This document shows, piece by piece, positions 1 through 12,618 of a stretch of DNA of 64,000 bases. The position numbers and the translations under genes were made by a program. Source of the stretch: Eledone cirrhosa. Taxonomy: Eukaryota. The stretch is from NCBI GenBank assembly GCA_964016885.1, contig OZ024762.1, positions 13,764,001 through 13,828,000 on the forward strand, given 5' to 3'. Position 1 is the stretch's first letter. Every line of letters starts with the position of its first letter. The notes beneath the pieces were generated by a model. That model saw only the letters and a program-made list of their open reading frames with translations, ran no database searches and was not told the DNA's origin.

Positions 1-430
1 TTGTCTGTGTATGTAACGTTGTCTGTATGTAATGTTGTCAGTGTATGTAACGTTGTCTGTGTATGTAACGTAGTCTCTGTATGTAACGTTGTCTGTGTAT
101 GTAACGTAGTCTCTGTATGTAACGTTGTCTGTATGTAATGTTGTCAGTGTATGTAACGTTGTCTGTATGTAACGTTGTCTGTGTATGTAACGTTGTCTGT
201 ATGTAATGTTGTCAGTGTATGTAACGTTGTCTGTATGTAACGTTGTCTGTATGTAACGTTGTCTGTATGTAACGTTGGCAGTGTATGTAACGTTGTCTGT
301 ATGTAACGTTGTCTGTATGTAACGTTGGCAGTGTATGTAACGTTGTCTGTATGTAACGTTGTCTGTATGTAACGTTGGCAGTGTATGTAACGTTGTCTGT
401 ATGTAACGTTGTCAGTGTAACGTTGTGTGT
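1..430. repeat. 17-19 bp minisatellite (TGTATGTAACGTTGTC[TG])
   Basis: Direct tandem units visible from the window start. Confidence 0.95.
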
Positions 431-479
431 GTATATGTAACGATGTCGCTGTACGTGTATGTGTCTGTATCGGTGTCAA

Positions 480-1140
480 AGTGTGTATGTGTGTATCTCA
501 GTATGTATATATAAACGTGTATGTGTCTATATCTCAGTATGTATATATAACCGTGTGTCTGTGTGTGTATCTCTGTATATGTAACCGTGTGTCTGTGTGT
601 GTATCTCTGTATATGTATATATAACCGTGTGTCTGTGTATGTATCTCTGTATGTGTATATATAACCGTGTGTCTGTGTGTGTATCTCTGTATATATATAA
701 CCGTGTGTCTGTGTGTGTGTGTATCTCTGTATATGTATATATAACCGTGCGTCTGTGTATGTATCTCTGTATGTGTATATATAACCGTGTGTCTGTGTAT
801 GTATCTCTGTATGTGTATATATAACCGTGTGTCTGTGTGTGTATCTCTGTATATATAACCGTGTGTCTGTGTGTGTGTATATCTGTGTGTGTATATATAA
901 CCGTGTGTCTGTGTGTGTATCTCTGTATATGTATATATAACCGTGTCTGTGTATCTCTGTATATGTAACCGTGTGTCTGTATGTGTATATATAACCGTGT
1001 GTCTGTGTGTGTATCTCTGTGTGTGTATATATAACCGTGTCTGTGTATGTATCTCTGTGTGTGTATATATAACCGTGTGTCTGTGTATCTCTGTGTGTGT
1101 ATATATAACCGTGTGTCTGTGTGTTCGTTACGTCGTGTCT
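480..1140. repeat. ~35-45 bp composite minisatellite (TATATAACCGTGTGTCTGTGTGTGTATCTCTG)
   Basis: Recurrent ATAACCGTGTGTCTG anchor with variable GT/AT spacers. Confidence 0.9.
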
Positions 1141-1167
1141 GTGTGTTCGCTACATCGTATATCGCCC

Positions 1168-1386
1168 GTCTCTCTCTCTTCCTCTCTCTCTCTTCCTCTC
1201 TCTCTTTCTCTCTCTTTCTCACTCTCTCTTTCTCTCTCTCCCTTTCTCTTTCCCGCTCTCCTTTTCTCTCTCTCCCTTTCTCTTTCTCTCTCCCCCTTTC
1301 TCTCTCTCCCTTTCTCTCTTTCTCTTTTTCTGTCTCCCTCTTTCTCTATCTTTCTCTATCTCTCTTTCTCTCGCTCTCTTTCTCTC

Positions 1387-1459
<73 letters not shown>

Positions 1460-1515
1460 GTCTCTCTCTCTCTTTGTCTCTCTCTTCTCTTTCCCCCCTT
1501 TCTCTCTCTTCCCCC
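1168..1515. repeat. (CT)n-rich polypyrimidine tract
   Basis: Seen directly. Confidence 0.95.
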
Positions 1516-1535
1516 TTACATACTTACTCCCTGTT

Positions 1536-1571
<36 letters not shown>

Positions 1572-1898
1572 ACATATGGCTGTGTGTATGTGAGTGTATG
1601 TTTGTGTCTGAGTATGTGTTTGTGTGTATGTGAGTGTATGTTTGTGTCTGTGAGTGTATGTTTGTGTCTGTGAGTGTATGTTTGTGTGTATGTGAGTGTG
1701 TTTGTGTCTGAGTGTATGTTTGTGTGCATGTATCAGTGAGTGTATGTTTGTGTGTATATGTGTGTGTCAGTGTGCAACTGTTTTCTTATGTATCTTCACT
1801 ATACAATACCTGCCATTAGTTAACAGGTAGTATATTTATATCATACATATATATATGTATATATATGTATATATATATACATACATATATATATGTAT

Positions 1899-1930
<32 letters not shown>

Positions 1931-2027
1931 TTAGTTACAACAGTGACATATAGAGGTACTTAAGTTTCGCTGGGTTTATACAACGCAACTCATTCAGCCT
2001 GCTATATAAAGATATATATATACACAC

Positions 2028-2090
<63 letters not shown>

Positions 2091-2196
2091 CTACTTTACA
2101 TTACAATACCTGTAATTAGAAGGCCGTTATACACAGTATAGGTGTTGTCTGTCCCACCCTCTCTCTCCGTACACACACGCGCACACACACACACGC

Positions 2197-2263
<67 letters not shown>

Positions 2264-2796
2264 TGTGTGAGAATTATTTGATAATTTTTGCCCGCTAAGT
2301 TGTAAAATTGCAGATTGTTTATATATTTGTGTATGTATGTGTGTATGTATACGTGTGTGTGTGTATACATGTGTGTATATGTATGTGTATATACATGTGT
2401 GTGTATGTATACACGTGTGTGTATATATGTATGTGTATCTGTGTATGTGTGTGTGTGTGTCTGTATATACATATGCATATATATATAGATATGTGTCTGT
2501 ATGTATATATATATGCGTGTGTGTGTGTCTGTATGTATATAGATATATATGTGTGTGTGTATGTATGTATGTATATATATATATATATATGTGTGTGTCT
2601 GTGTATGTATGTATGTATATATATATATATGTGTGTGTGTGTGTCTGTATATATGTGTGTGTGTGTATGAGAATTATTGGATATATACTGGCCCGCTAAG
2701 CTGTAAAACTGCCGATTGTTTAAGTGGACTGCAGTACTACAGAGATATTTGTGTTTAAATGTGCTTCTGTGCTGTATGTTCTACGTTAAACCAGTG

Positions 2797-2982
2797 TGGC
2801 TGGGAGGCTGGCTGTCTGTCTGGCTGGTTGGCTGGCTGGGAGGCTGGCTGGCTCTCTGGCTGGTTGGCTGGCTGGACGTCTGTCTATCTGGCTGGCTGGC
2901 TGGAAGTCTGCCTGTCGGTTTGTCTGTCTGGCTGGCTGGCTGGATCTGTCTGTTTGTCTGTCTGTCTGTCTGGCTGGCTGGC
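2797..2982. repeat. (GGCT)n/(GTCT)n tetranucleotide tract
   Basis: Seen directly. Confidence 0.9.
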
Positions 2983-3129
2983 TTATACATACAAAGGCAC
3001 GTAAAACATATAAACATGCATATATAGATATACATACACATATATACATAAACACATATATAAACATACATACATACAAACTTGGAAACATGCATGCATA
3101 TACACATACATAGACATGTATACACATAC

Positions 3130-3722
3130 ATACACCTATACATAGACATACGTACATACACCCATACATACACCCATACATACACCCATACATAGACATA
3201 CATACACATACATACATACATACACCCTTACATACACCCTTACATACACCCATGCATACACCCATACACACATCCATACACACATCCATACACCCACCCA
3301 TACATACATCCATACACCCACCCATACATACATACATACATACATAGACATACAAACTTGGAAACATGCATGCATATACACATACATAGACATGTATACA
3401 CATACATACACCCATACATAGACATACATACACCCATACATACACCCATACATACACCCATACATACACACACCCTTACGCACACCCTTACACACACCCT
3501 TACGCACACCCTTACACACACACCCTTACACACACACCCTTACACACACCTATACATAGACATACATAGACATACATAGACATACATACACCCATACATA
3601 CACCCATACATACGCACACCCTTACGCACACCCTTACGCACACCCTTACGCACACCCTTACGCACACCCTTACGCACACCCTTACGCACACCCTTACGCA
3701 CACCCTTACACACACCCTTACA
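3130..3722. repeat. 12-bp repeats (CACACCCTTACG / CATACACCCATA)
   Basis: Seen directly. Confidence 0.9.
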
Positions 3723-3908
3723 TAGAGCTCGACAGACAGACAGACAGACAGAGGGCCAAATGAACAATTACGAGCAATTATATGCCTAACTAACACACTC
3801 CCGTCATAATAATTAACATACATAAACAAAACAATGAATAACACTATAGACTGCCGCTTGAGTAGTTGCGTATATAAGTGTGTATATAGCAGGTGAATAT
3901 GTCTGTGA

Positions 3909-3948
<40 letters not shown>

Positions 3949-4109
3949 TAAATGTCCGGTTGCACAAGAAAATCGGACATTGCATAGTTAAGTATATATA
4001 TATATATATATGTGTGTATACACGCACACTCGTATATGAATGTATATATATATATTTGAATGTGTATATATATATATTTGAATGTATATATATATACGTA
4101 TGTAATATG

Positions 4110-4145
<36 letters not shown>

Positions 4146-4229
4146 CGTATGTATATATATGTATGATATATATATATGTATGTAATACATGTATACTTTT
4201 TATATATGTATACATGTATGTAATATATG

Positions 4230-4260
<31 letters not shown>

Positions 4261-4384
4261 AATATATGTATATATATATATATATATGTACATATATAAC
4301 ATGCGCACTTATATATGTAACTGTGAGGCATGTGCGCACAAATTATATATATATATATATAGCCACACAGACATGCGTGTGTGA

Positions 4385-4447
<63 letters not shown>

Positions 4448-5579
4448 GTGCGCACATGCATCACAGTTACATATATACGTGTGGACATTTACATTTCTTG
4501 ACATTGTGGTCAGTGTGACGTCATGTTTAATGTGACACTGACAAGATGTCGGGCAGTGAAGCACACTGCCGTTAACTGTCACAGACGCCATATTGTTTTT
4601 TATGTCCGTGTCGTCGTTGTTTTCTTTGAGCCAGCTGCTGTTGTGGAAAGAAGGGAGACTATTGTCCGTCATAGATCGGCCGACAGGGGGTGCACATGCC
4701 CACCGTCAGATAACTAGGTTAAAGTGACGTAATGCGGTTGTGCGTGTGTCGATATGTGTCGATATATATATATATATTATATATATATATGCGTTTGTGT
4801 GTATATATATATATATATGTGTGTGTGTGTATATATATCTTTATATATATGTATATATATATATGTGTGTGTGTATATATATCTTTATATATATGTATAT
4901 ATATATATGTGTGTGTGTGTATATATATCTTTATATATATGTATATATATATGTGTGTGTGTGTATATATATCTTTATATATGTATATATATGTGTATGT
5001 ATGTATACATGTATGTGTATATCTTTATATATGTGTGTGTGTATATCTTTATGTATATATATATGTGTATGTATGTATATATATATGTGTATGTATGTAT
5101 ACATGTATGTGTATATCTTTATCTGTGTGATTATATCTTTATATATATATGTGTATATATCTGTGTATATATATATGTGTGTATATGTGTATATGTGTAT
5201 ATATATGTATGTGTGTATATGTGCATATATATATGTATGTATGTGTGTATATCTTTATATATCTGTGTGTGTGTGTATATATCTTTATATATATATATGT
5301 GTATATATACATATATATATATATATGTACATATATATATATGTGTGATTGTGTGTATATCTGTGTGATTTTGTGTGTGTGCGTATATCTTTGGGTATGT
5401 GTGTCTGTTTAATTTTATATGTGTGTGTTTTCTCTGTATGTATGTTCGTGCGTGTTTTCTCTGTATGTATGTTCGTGCCTAGATATATATATGTATGTGT
5501 GAGTATATATATGAATGTATATTTGTGTATGTGTGTGCATATTAAATCATCACTGCATTTCGTTTCAGAATCGGTGACG

Positions 5580-5661
<82 letters not shown>

Positions 5662-5780
5662 TGTGTCAGAGGAATATGGTCAATTATCTACTGAGTGGTC
5701 AAATATGGCCGCTGTCTCAAAAAAACTTGGTCTCTTGTATTGATGACTATTATATTGTTTGATTGGTGGTCTGTGGACAT

Positions 5781-5985
5781 CCAGGTGGACTGTGGTCTTA
5801 GAGAGAACCACATTGACAGCTAGGTGGACTGTGGTCTGAGAGAGAACTGCAATGATCTGGTAACTATTACTACCGGCCAGGTGGACTGTGGTCTGAGATT
5901 GAACCACATTGACAGCCAGGTGGACTGTGGCTGAGAGAGAACCACATTGACAGCCAGGTGGACTGTGGTCTGAGAGAGAACACCA
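5781..5985. repeat. ~39-bp tandem repeat (CCAGGTGGACTGTGGTCTGAGAGAGAACCACATTGACAG), about 5 copies
   Basis: GGTGGACTGTGG anchor occurs five times; one unit is expanded. Confidence 0.9.
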
Positions 5986-6012
5986 TAGATCTTCCAATTA
6001 TTATTTTTAGTC

Positions 6013-6110
6013 GGGTTAACTTTGCCTTTCATCATTACGAGGTCGATGAAATAAAGTACCAGTAATACACTGGAGTATTTATTGGCCTTGTGCCAAAAGT
6101 AGAAACAATT
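6013..6110 (+). mobile_element. tRNA-derived SINE, 3' half
   Basis: GGTTAACTTTGCCTTTCATC...GTCGATGAAATAAAGTACCAG...GGCCTTGTGCCAAAAGTAGAAACAATT matches full copies at 19887 and 51548. Confidence 0.9.
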
Positions 6111-6620
6111 ATTTTAGTATGACACTCTCCCCATGAGATTTTTAATGAGTATCACACTCTTTATTAGTTTTTTAATGGGTACTGCAATATTCCCATGACA
6201 ATTTTAATTAGAACCGCACTGTTCCCATTAATTTTTTAATGAGTATCGTTCTCTCCTCATTAGTTATTTTAATGGGTTCCGCAGTCTTTCGAGTCAGTGA
6301 AGACTTAGTTTGGAATAAAAATAAAATTCCTGTGATATCTCCCAGGTTGCCATGGCGGCAATAATACACCTACATACCACCACCGCCACCACAACCACCA
6401 CCACCGCCACCACAACCACCACCACCACTCCACCACCAACAACAACATCACCATTAACAACAACATTAACATGTTCACCTGCAATTTATGTCATTTTGTC
6501 AGAATTTATGTCATTCAGAATTGATTACTTTGCACTTATTCTAATTGTACATATACATACACACATATACATAGACACATATATATACACACATATATAT
6601 ATACACACTTATATATATAT

Positions 6621-6673
<53 letters not shown>

Positions 6674-7168
6674 GTGAAAAATTGAACGGGAACAAAACAG
6701 AGAGGCAATACGAACAAAGGTTTATTAGTTTCACGCTCTTGAGAGTGGGGTGGTGGTATATATATATATATATACAGACTCATGTATATAGATACACACT
6801 GACAGACAGACAGATTGAGGGTCAATCAGACAGACAGACAGACTGACAGACATGCAGACATACAGACAGACTGAGGGTCAATTAGACAGACAGACTGACA
6901 GACATGCAGACATGCAGACAGACTGAGGGTCAATTAGACAGACACACTGACAGACATGCAGACATACAGACAGACATGCAGACAGACCGAGGGTCAATTA
7001 GACAGACTGAGGGACATACAGATAGACAGACAGACTGAGGGAGAGACAGCCGATCAGGTCGATAGAATATTTATAACACTATGCTATAAAAAGTCTTATC
7101 GATAAGGAAATTACAGATGGATTACTGTTGGGTAACATAAATAACACACATACATATAGACACAGTCT

Positions 7169-7200
<32 letters not shown>

Positions 7201-7371
7201 CATACATGCACACACAGACACACACACACATATGTATACATATACAGACACATACATACATACACATACATGCAAACACAGACACACACACATATAGTCA
7301 CACACACACACACATACATACATATATATATATATACAAACACATATACACATACATGCAAACACAGACAG

Positions 7372-7458
<87 letters not shown>

Positions 7459-7753
7459 TATATGCTCATATATGCACACACACACACATTCACACACACA
7501 CATACATAGATATATATATTTACAAACACATATACACATACATGCAAACACAGACACACAGTCATACACATATATATATATATACACACACATATACATG
7601 CTCATATATGCACACACACACACATACACACACACACATATATATATATGGACACATTGAGACACCACTACATATACACATATGGATTACTGTAGGATAT
7701 CATAAATAACCACACACACATTCCCTCTCACATTCACACATGCACACATAGTG

Positions 7754-7808
<55 letters not shown>

Positions 7809-7934
7809 TATATATATATGCACATACACACAAGTATATACACACACACACACATATATACAAATACACATATATACACACACACATACACAAACAAATT
7901 TCTCCTGAATGTTTTATGCGCGTTTGATTGGTCA

Positions 7935-7976
<42 letters not shown>

Positions 7977-8224
7977 GGTTGTTCTGGTTGTTGTTGTTGT
8001 TGTACTTTAGTGATTGATATATTCTTGCTGTTGTTATTATTGTCGTTATTACTGATGATGGTCATGATGGTGATGATGGTGATGGTGGTGGTGGTGGATT
8101 CTGTATGGAGGTTACCAGCTCTTTGTAGAATGAAAATGATAATATCTATGATGATGATGATGATGAACATAACAAGGAAAATGGCGACGAAACCTCTAAT
8201 AATGACAATAACAACAATAATAAT

Positions 8225-8800
8225 AATTGTTTCTATTTTTGGCACAAGGCCAGCAAATACCCACTACATTACTGGTACTTTATTTTATCGACCCAGTAAG
8301 GATGAAAAGCAAAGTTGACCTCGGTGGGATTTGAACTTAGATCATAAAGAGACGTAGCTCTATGCTTTAAAGCATGGTGTTCCACCCTCTACCGATACTG
8401 CCAATCCACCATAATAATAATGTTTTCTGATTCAAGCACAAGGCCAGCAAATTTGTGGGAGAGGGGAAAGTCGTTTAAATCGACCTCAGTGTGTTACTGG
8501 TACTTTATTTAATCGACCTTGGATTTAAACTCAGAGCGCAATAAGACGAAACGAATGATGCAAAGCATTCTATCTGACCTTCTAACCTCTGCGAATTCAC
8601 CGCCATAATAATAATTGTTTCTACTTTTTGGCACAAGGCCAGCAATTACCCCAGTGCATTACTGGTACTTTATTTTATCTACCCCGGTATGGATGAAAGG
8701 CAAAGTTAACTTCCATAATAATAATAATTGTTTTTACTTTAGGCACAAGGCCAGCAATTTGAGGGGGGATGGGAAAGTCGATTAAATCAACACCAGTGCA
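8225..8800 (-). mobile_element. Head-to-tail cluster of four SINE copies (8225-8410 full, 8421-8604 variant, 8614-8714 and 8727-8800 partial)
   Basis: Each begins TGTTT...GCACAAGGCCAGC on the + strand, separated by (AAT)n tails. The full copy has A box TGGCAGTATCGG and B box GTTCAAATCC on the minus strand. Confidence 0.9.
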
Positions 8801-9504
8801 TCACCGTTACCACCTCCATTTCCAACAATACCTCCAACAACATCACCAACACTAACACCCACACCACCACCTACACCTACACCATCACCTCCACCACCAT
8901 CACTATTACCACCAACATCACCACCACCACCAACAGCACCCACACCACCACCTCCACAACCACCACCACCGCCGTCACCCTTACTACCTCCACCATCATC
9001 TCCATCGCCACCACCAACACCACAACATCCACCACCATCATCATCATCATCGCCATTTATTATATTCATTCGTGAAAGCAATATCGATTTCAACATGTCG
9101 ATTTAAAAACCAAAAAAAATAAGCAAAATAAGCAAAATAAACAACAAAAACAACAAAAGACCTCCCCCCTCGTCTTATTACACCCTGCCACCCCCCCCTC
9201 TATTTTGTCCGCCATCTTTATCCGATTACAATTTATTGTTCCCTATTTTAGTTGATCTAAATTTAACATTCTATATTTAAGGAGACATACATGAAAGTCT
9301 TCCCCTTTTCATAGGTTGTGTCCATTCTCTCCCCCACATCTTCACCTTACTCGAGAATATTGGTCGTTAATATTAGAAAGCGTTTAAATATCAGCCAATC
9401 GTTCCAGCTAGATCCTGCCAGAAAAATCTCTGCTTCTTTCTTCTTCTTTCTTCGTTTTCTTCGTTTTCTTCGTTTTCTTCTTTTTCTTTTTTCTTTTTTT
9501 TCTT

Positions 9505-10503
9505 CTTCTTCCACTTGTTTCAGAGAGGGTCGTGGGGGTCATAGTCCCTCAATCACTCCATCTAGCGGGTTCTGTCAGAAGCAACCATCTCCAACTGACA
9601 CGGCTGGATCCCCAAGCGAGACCAGCCAGGCTCATGGATGTTATCCAACCATCTTGCTAGGAGTCTATCCCTGGGTCTCCTGCCAGTTGGTTTTGCCTGT
9701 AAAATCTGTCCAGCGATTCTTTCCTGGGACATTCTAACGACATATCCATAGTATCGGAGCTGTGATCTGTCAATTCAGAGAAGTAGTGGCTCTACCTGGT
9801 GTGACTCTCTGATCTCCGAGCTACAAATCTGTCCAGTGATTCTTTCCTGAGACATTCTAACGACATGTCCATAGTATCAGAGCTGTGATCTCTCAATTCA
9901 GAGAAGTAGCCACTCTACCTGGAGTGACTCTCTGATCTCTGAGCTACAAATCTGTCCAGTGATTCTTTCCTGAGACATTCTAACGACATGTCCATAGTAT
10001 CAGAGCTGTGATCTCTCAATTCAGAGAAGTAGCCACTCTACCTGGAGTGACTCTCTGATCTCTGAGCTACAAATCTGTCCAGTGATTCTTTCCTGAGACA
10101 TTCTAACGACATGTCCATAGTATCAGAGCTGTGATCTCTCAATTCAGAAGTAGCCACTCTACCTGGAGTGACTCTCTGATCTCTGAGCTACAAATCTGTC
10201 CAGTGATTCTTTCCTGAGACATTCTAACGACATGTCCATAGTATCAGAGCTGTGATCTCTCAATTCAGAGAAGTAGCCACTCTACCTGGAGTGACTCTCT
10301 GATCTCTGAGCTACAAATCTGTCCAGTGATTCTTTCCTGAGACATTCTAACGACATGTCCATAGTATCAGAGTTGTGATCTCTCAATTCGGAGAAGTAAC
10401 GGGTCTACCTGGAGTGACTCTCTGATCTCCGAGCTACACACTTTATCGAGTAACGTTACTCCGAAAACCCTTCAGAGAAATCCAATTTCGGCCGCTTGTA
10501 TTA
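9505..10503 (-). mobile_element. RTE-clade LINE 3' fragment with internal 6x123-bp tandem amplification
   Basis: Minus translation IQAAEIGFL*RVFGVTLLDKVCSSEIRESLQVDPLLLRIERSQL*YYGHVVRMSQERI...QAKPTGRRPRDRLLARWLDNI is a typical RTE ORF2 C-terminus, followed by a (GAA)-rich tail. Confidence 0.88.
9702..10437. repeat. 123-bp tandem repeat, 6 copies (starts 9702, 9825, 9948, 10071, 10192, 10315)
   Basis: Unit AAATCTGTCCAG...GAGCTAC; one copy is 121 bp. Confidence 0.97.
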
Positions 10504-10789
10504 TTGAAGCTGAAAGGATCACATCCTTACCTAAATTGAGAGCTACGAAGCTCAATTATTTGTAACGGCTGCTGGCAACTCTTTCCGGTCCCTAGGAGTA
10601 TTTTACCCGATTTTCTCACCTATTACTTATAGCAATCGACAGAAGGTTGTGATTCGAGGGTGATTTGACTGATGTTTCTAACAGGTCGTGTAACCATTTG
10701 GAGATGCCACCATAAGCTTTACGTAAATATATTACATGATAAACAATGTCTTTGTATTTTTGATTAGATTATATTGGCTAGACATGTGT

Positions 10790-10824
<35 letters not shown>

Positions 10825-10825
10825 G

Positions 10826-10868
<43 letters not shown>

Positions 10869-11577
10869 CACACACACACACACATGTATCCATACACATA
10901 CATGGATTACGTATAACCGAATATGAACAAATATGTATACACACATAAAACAATGTCATAATCGTGAATGTTTGTGTGTATGTCTGTGTGTGTGTTTGTG
11001 TCTTTGTTTTTGTGTGTGTATTTCTGTGTGTGCTTCTGTATGTGTATTTCTGTGTGTATGTATATAACTCTGTGTATGTGTATATATCTGTGTGTATATA
11101 TATATATATATGTGTGTACGTGTGTGTGTGTGTGTGTGTCTGTAAAAATAGATGACGTACAACACAGAAAATATGTTTCAATAATATTAAAAAAATAAGT
11201 TAAAGACGCCGGCCGCCATTTTGTTTTAATGTAACTTAATTTAGATATTTCACATTTATTGTTTTTCTTTGTTTTCTAAGTGTCTGACATTTTTAGTTGG
11301 CTTTCTTTGTTTTTTTTACTATAATTTTATCTTTTGTTTTTGTCATTCATTAATTTGTTTTTGTTACTAATTTTGATTGACGAGAAAACACTTGTCAGAA
11401 TGAAATTATTGTAATAATAATCATCATATAAGGACATTATTGTTATTGTTATCAACATTATTATAGCTATTATTATTAATATTGCTATTATTAGCAACAG
11501 TAGTAGTAGTGGTAGTAGTGGTGGTAGTAGAACATGATAGCCTCAATAAAAATATCGTTCCGTATATTATATAACAT

Positions 11578-12332
11578 AGGTGGCGAATTGGCAGAGTTGT
11601 TAGAACGTCAGATAGAATGATAGAATAGTTAGAAGATCTGATAGAATGGTAGAGTAGTTAGAACGTCTGATAGAATGGTAGAGTGGTTAGAACGTCTGAT
11701 AGAATTATAGAGTAGTTAGAAGATCTGATAGAATGGTAGAGTAGTTAGAACGTCAGATAGAATGGCAGAGTTGTTAGAACGTCAGATAGAATGGCATGGC
11801 AGAGTTGTTAGAACGTCTGATAGAATGATAGAGTAGTTAGAAATCTGATAGAATGGTAGAGTGGTTAGAACGTCAGATAGTATGGTTAAGTGGTTAGAAC
11901 GTCAGATAGAATGGTAGAGTGGTTAGAACGTCAGATAGAATGGCAGAGTTGTTAGAACGTCAGATAGAATGGTAGTGGTTAGAACGTCAGATAGAATGGT
12001 AGTGGTTAGAACGTCAGATAGAATGGTAGAGTGGTTAGTTCGTCAGATAGAATGGTAGAGTGGTTAGAACGTCAGATAGAATGGTAGAGTGGTTAGAACG
12101 TCTGATAGTATGGTAGAGTGGTTAGAACGTCTGATAGTATGGTAGAGTGGTTAGAACGTCAGATAGAATGGTAGAGTGGTTAGTTCGTCAGATAGAATGG
12201 TAGAGTGGTTAGAACGTCAGATAGAATGGTAGAGTGGTTAGAACGTCTGATAGTATGGTAGAGTGGTTAGAACGTCTGATAGAATACTTTGCAGTATTTG
12301 TTCCGGTTCTCTGCTCTCTGAGTTCAAATTAA
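11578..12332 (+). mobile_element. SINE head whose A-box segment is amplified as a 29-bp array (~24 copies)
   Basis: Starts GGTGGCGAATTGGCAGAGTTGTTAGAACGTCAGATAGAATG, repeats GTAGAGTGGTTAGAACGTCAGATAGAATG, then resumes to B box GAGTTCAAATT at 12320. Confidence 0.85.
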
Positions 12333-12618
12333 CCCCAGTGCATTACTGGTACTTCATGTTATCAATGTTACCGCTTCGTGGCGTCATATTCTGAAAAATA
12401 ATGGAAAGAAGGGGACAAGACACATGAAACTGTTCACCGATAGCAGTGAGATGGGATGTTGTTCGGGGGCCAAAAAACGCTGGTAGTCTACACTGCTACA
12501 GGCTCCACCAAAAAAACCTATCACATGAGCAAGGATATGGCCCGGGGGTGCGAAGAACACTGGAAGACTACACTGCCACAAACCTATTCGAGAGCGGCCG
12601 ATAGTTTTCCCTTTTCGG

